Position numbers and translations under genes: made by a program. A stretch of DNA of 28,529 nt from Desulfovibrionaceae bacterium (GTDB taxonomy: Bacteria; Desulfobacterota; Desulfovibrionia; Desulfovibrionales; Desulfovibrionaceae), in the NCBI GenBank assembly GCA_050255855.1, contig JBFWIY010000001.1, forward strand, positions 1 through 28,529. Reading direction: 5' to 3'. The notes under the pieces are model-generated. The model had not been told where the DNA came from, made no database searches, and worked only from the letters and a program-made list of their open reading frames with translations. The first letter of the stretch is position 1. The number at the start of each line of letters is the position of its first letter. Positions 26,125 through 28,529 of this stretch are shown here, piece after piece.

Positions 26125-26925
26125 TCAGTGCAGCAGCCGGGTGCGGCCCCGGTGCTCCAGGACTTCGATGGGCGTGCCGTAGAGTTCGGAGAGCAGGGCC
26201 GCGTCGGCCATCTCCGCCGGGCTGCCCTGGGCCGTGATCCGCCCGGCGCGCATGCAGGCCACCCGGGTGCAGACCTCGGGCAGGGTGTTCAGGTCGTGGG
26301 TGACCATGCAGCTGGTGAGCCCGAAGCGCTCGTGCACCTGGCGCACCAGGGCCAGCACCCCGTCCTGGGCCTGCCAGTCCAGGGAGGCTGTGGGCTCGTC
26401 GAGCAGCAGGATGTCCGGCTCCTGGAGCAGGGCCCGGGCGATGGCCGCGCGCTGGCGCTCGCCCCCGGAGATGTGCCCCAGGGGGCGGTGGGCCAGGTGG
26501 GCCAGGCCCACCAGGTCCAGGAGCTCGTCGGTCCGGGCCCGGGCGGCGTCCGGCACCCGGGCGAACAGGCCCAGGCGGCCGTAGCAGCCCGTGAGCACGC
26601 TCTCGCGCACGGTGATGGGCAGCAGGGGGTCGAACTCCTGGAGCTGGGCCACGTAGCCGATGCGCCGCCGCAGGGCCCCGGCGGTGCGCCGGGTCACGGG
26701 CAGGCCCAGCACCACGGCCGAGCCCGCCACGATGCGGCCCAGGCCGTTGACCACGGTGAGCAGGGTGGTCTTGCCCGCGCCGTTGGGCCCGATGACCCCC
26801 AGGAAGTCCCCCCGGCGCAGGTCCAGGGTCACGCCCTGCATGGCCACGTGGCGGCCGTAGGCCGCGGCCACGTCGCGCAGGGCGATGACCGGCTCGCCTG
26901 AGGTCGTCGGAGTCGCCGGGGTCAC
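26125..26925 (-). CDS. Metal ABC transporter ATP-binding subunit (ZnuC/MntA-like), 266 aa
   Basis: Walker A GPNGAGKT, Q-loop GYVAQ, signature ISGGERQR, Walker B LLLDEPT, H-loop VTHD; GTG start overlaps the SBP stop. Confidence 0.95.
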   Translation of the reverse strand: MTPATPTTSGEPVIALRDVAAAYGRHVAMQGVTLDLRRGDFLGVIGPNGAGKTTLLTVVNGLGRIVAGSAVVLGLPVTRRTAGALRRRIGYVAQLQEFDPLLPITVRESVLTGCYGRLGLFARVPDAARARTDELLDLVGLAHLAHRPLGHISGGERQRAAIARALLQEPDILLLDEPTASLDWQAQDGVLALVRQVHERFGLTSCMVTHDLNTLPEVCTRVACMRAGRITAQGSPAEMADAALLSELYGTPIEVLEHRGRTRLLH

Positions 26926-27818
26926 GGCCGGGCCTCCGCGGGGGCGGTTTCAGGCCGCGAGGCCAGGGCCGCCGCCAACCGGGCCACGTTGCCCGCAAAG
27001 GCCGAGGCCCAGTCCGCCTCGCCCGGGGCCGCGCCGGGGAAGGAGGTGAGGTCCGCCTGGGCCGCGCCCAGGCTCTCGGCCAGGCCCCGCCCCGCGCCCG
27101 GGCCGCTCTGGAGGTTGTCCAGCACCAGGCGCGCCCCGCCCGTCCGGCCCAGGGCGGTGAGCCGGGCCACGCCCTCCGGGGTGAGGTCCTCGGGGCGGCC
27201 GTACTCGGCCAGCACGCGCAGCCCGGTCCAGCGGGCGAAGGGGGCCTGGAGTACGGAGCAGAGCGCCGGGGTCCCGGCCGCGCCCGCCCGCGCCAGGACC
27301 GCGCGCTGGGCGGCCTCCGCGGCGTCGATGGCCGCCAGACGCCGGGCCGCGGCCCGGGCCAGGTCCGCGGCGCGCTTCGGCCAGAGCTTGGCCAGGCGGC
27401 TGGCCAGGGCGCGGGTGGCGGCGCGCTGGGCATCGGGCAGCATGGAGCCCTCGGCCTGGGGCAGGGCGAAGATGGCCAGGCGCTCGTTCTCCGCGGCGCG
27501 GACCAGCTCGCGCATGTTGGCCATGCCGGTCTGGTAGGACTCCAGCACCAGCAGGGCGGCGGAATGCAGGAAGCGCAGGTCCCCGGGGCGCAGGTCGTAG
27601 TGCCCGGGGCAGGCCCCGCCCGGGATCAGGGTGCGCACCTCGGCCGGGCCGCCCGGCAGGTCGCGGGTCAGGTCGGCGATGAGGTCCGCGGCCAGGCTGG
27701 TCCCGGCCAGGATCAGGGGGCGGTCGGGGTCGGCGGCCGGGGCCGGGGCCGGGAGGGCCGCGGAGAGAAAGGCGGCCAGGGCCGCCAGCAGGACCACGGG
27801 AACGAGCAGTCGGCGCAT
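26922..27818 (-). CDS. Periplasmic metal-binding protein of the ABC transporter (cluster A-I, ZnuA/TroA-like), 298 aa
   Basis: Sec signal peptide (MRRLLVPVVLLAAL...APA); LIPGGACPGHYDLRPGD matches the 'P.G.DPH.YEP.P.D' loop; long connecting helix; F..W.GL, P.DL.P..VA.L; co-oriented with the ATPase and permease. Confidence 0.8.
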   Translation of the reverse strand: MRRLLVPVVLLAALAAFLSAALPAPAPAADPDRPLILAGTSLAADLIADLTRDLPGGPAEVRTLIPGGACPGHYDLRPGDLRFLHSAALLVLESYQTGMANMRELVRAAENERLAIFALPQAEGSMLPDAQRAATRALASRLAKLWPKRAADLARAAARRLAAIDAAEAAQRAVLARAGAAGTPALCSVLQAPFARWTGLRVLAEYGRPEDLTPEGVARLTALGRTGGARLVLDNLQSGPGAGRGLAESLGAAQADLTSFPGAAPGEADWASAFAGNVARLAAALASRPETAPAEARP

Positions 27819-27827
27819 GGGAAATCC

Positions 27828-28529
27828 TCAGCGTTTGCGGGCGATGATGAGCCGCGAGTCCAGCCGGTCGCCGAACTTGCCCAGGTCCGGCGCGGCAAAG
27901 GCCGGGGCCTCGTGCTCGGCCACGATGTCGAAGCGGGCCGCGAGTTCGGCGCGGTAGGCGTCGCGGTCCAGGTCGCCCTGGAATTCGTAGACGCGGGGTC
28001 CCTTGGCCGTGCCGGGAAAGGCGCTCAGCCGCCATTCCAGGTCCAGCAGCGGGTCCTTGCGCCCCTCGTCCGCGGCGTAGAAGGCGTGCTTGGAGACGAA
28101 GAATCCGCCCGGGGCCAGGCAGGCGTGGATGCGCTCCAGCAGGTCCGGGCGCTTGCCCCCGGGGCTGTAGAACAGGAGCACGGCCTGGCGGCCGCGGCCC
28201 AGGTCGGCGTGGAAGATGTCCCCGGCCCGGAAGCGCACCCGGCCGTCCCCGCCCCCGAAGCGCCGGATGTGGCCCTCGGCCAGGGGCCGGGCGGACGGCA
28301 GGTCCAGCACCTCGGCGCGCAGGCCGGGGAGCCGGGCGGCCAGGGCCAGGGCGTAGAGGGCGTGGCCCCCGCCCAGGTCCAGGACATCGTCCACCGCGTC
28401 GAAGCCCGGGGTCTCCAGCAGCCGGTCGGCCGTGCGTCGGGCCTCGCCGCTCAGGGCCTCGGCCGCCAGGGCGGGCAGGAAGGCCCCGCCGAAGAGCCCC
28501 TCGGCCACCGGGTTCAGCGGGCCGGAGCG
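27828..28529 (-). CDS. SAM-dependent O-methyltransferase-like protein (5' end outside the window)
   Basis: The frame stays open from 28508 to the window edge (RSGPLNPVAEG...), so the gene is partial. VLDLGGGH motif I, VLDLP, RVRFRAGDIF, RIHACLAPGG. Confidence 0.82.
   Translation of the reverse strand, partial: RSGPLNPVAEGLFGGAFLPALAAEALSGEARRTADRLLETPGFDAVDDVLDLGGGHALYALALAARLPGLRAEVLDLPSARPLAEGHIRRFGGGDGRVRFRAGDIFHADLGRGRQAVLLFYSPGGKRPDLLERIHACLAPGGFFVSKHAFYAADEGRKDPLLDLEWRLSAFPGTAKGPRVYEFQGDLDRDAYRAELAARFDIVAEHEAPAFAAPDLGKFGDRLDSRLIIARKR

Noticed and set aside
27828-28508. The ORF-track start at 28508 as the real start of the methyltransferase
   Set aside because: The frame remains open to the window edge and no RBS is visible, so the gene is more likely 5'-truncated by the window.
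1-28529. Horizontally acquired island, prophage, IS or defence system
   Set aside because: Composition and codon style look uniform by eye, and no integrase, transposase, tRNA, terminal repeat, nuclease or toxin-like ORF was recognised.

Overview
A GC-rich bacterial window with no RNA genes, CRISPR arrays, prophage or mobile elements detected. Gene content and protein style suggest a sulfate-reducing Desulfovibrionales-like deltaproteobacterium; this is an inference, not a search result. (1) Positions 1-15730, minus strand: a division and cell wall (dcw) operon, mraZ-rsmH-ftsL-ftsI-murE-murF-mraY-murD-ftsW-murG-murC-murB-ftsQ-ftsA. ftsA runs off the left edge, ddl is absent, and several genes are coupled by 4-bp overlaps. 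(2) A 378-bp divergent intergenic region carrying helically phased repeats, probably the MraZ operator. (3) Plus strand: pyk, an HD-GYP protein, an exported DUF3108-like protein and rlmD. These converge on a universal stress protein, which is divergent from a soluble orphan histidine kinase (Rossmann-like + Cys-rich PAS + HisKA/HATPase), followed by a tandem-HD-domain hydrolase. (4) From the right edge, minus strand: a partial O-methyltransferase, a cluster A-I type metal ABC transporter (binding protein, ATPase, permease) and a second SAM methyltransferase. Most of the window is housekeeping. The best candidates for uncharacterised biology are the Rossmann-PAS kinase/USP pair and the ABC transporter with non-canonical metal ligands flanked by two methyltransferases. 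Family assignments come from motif recognition only; no database searches were run.
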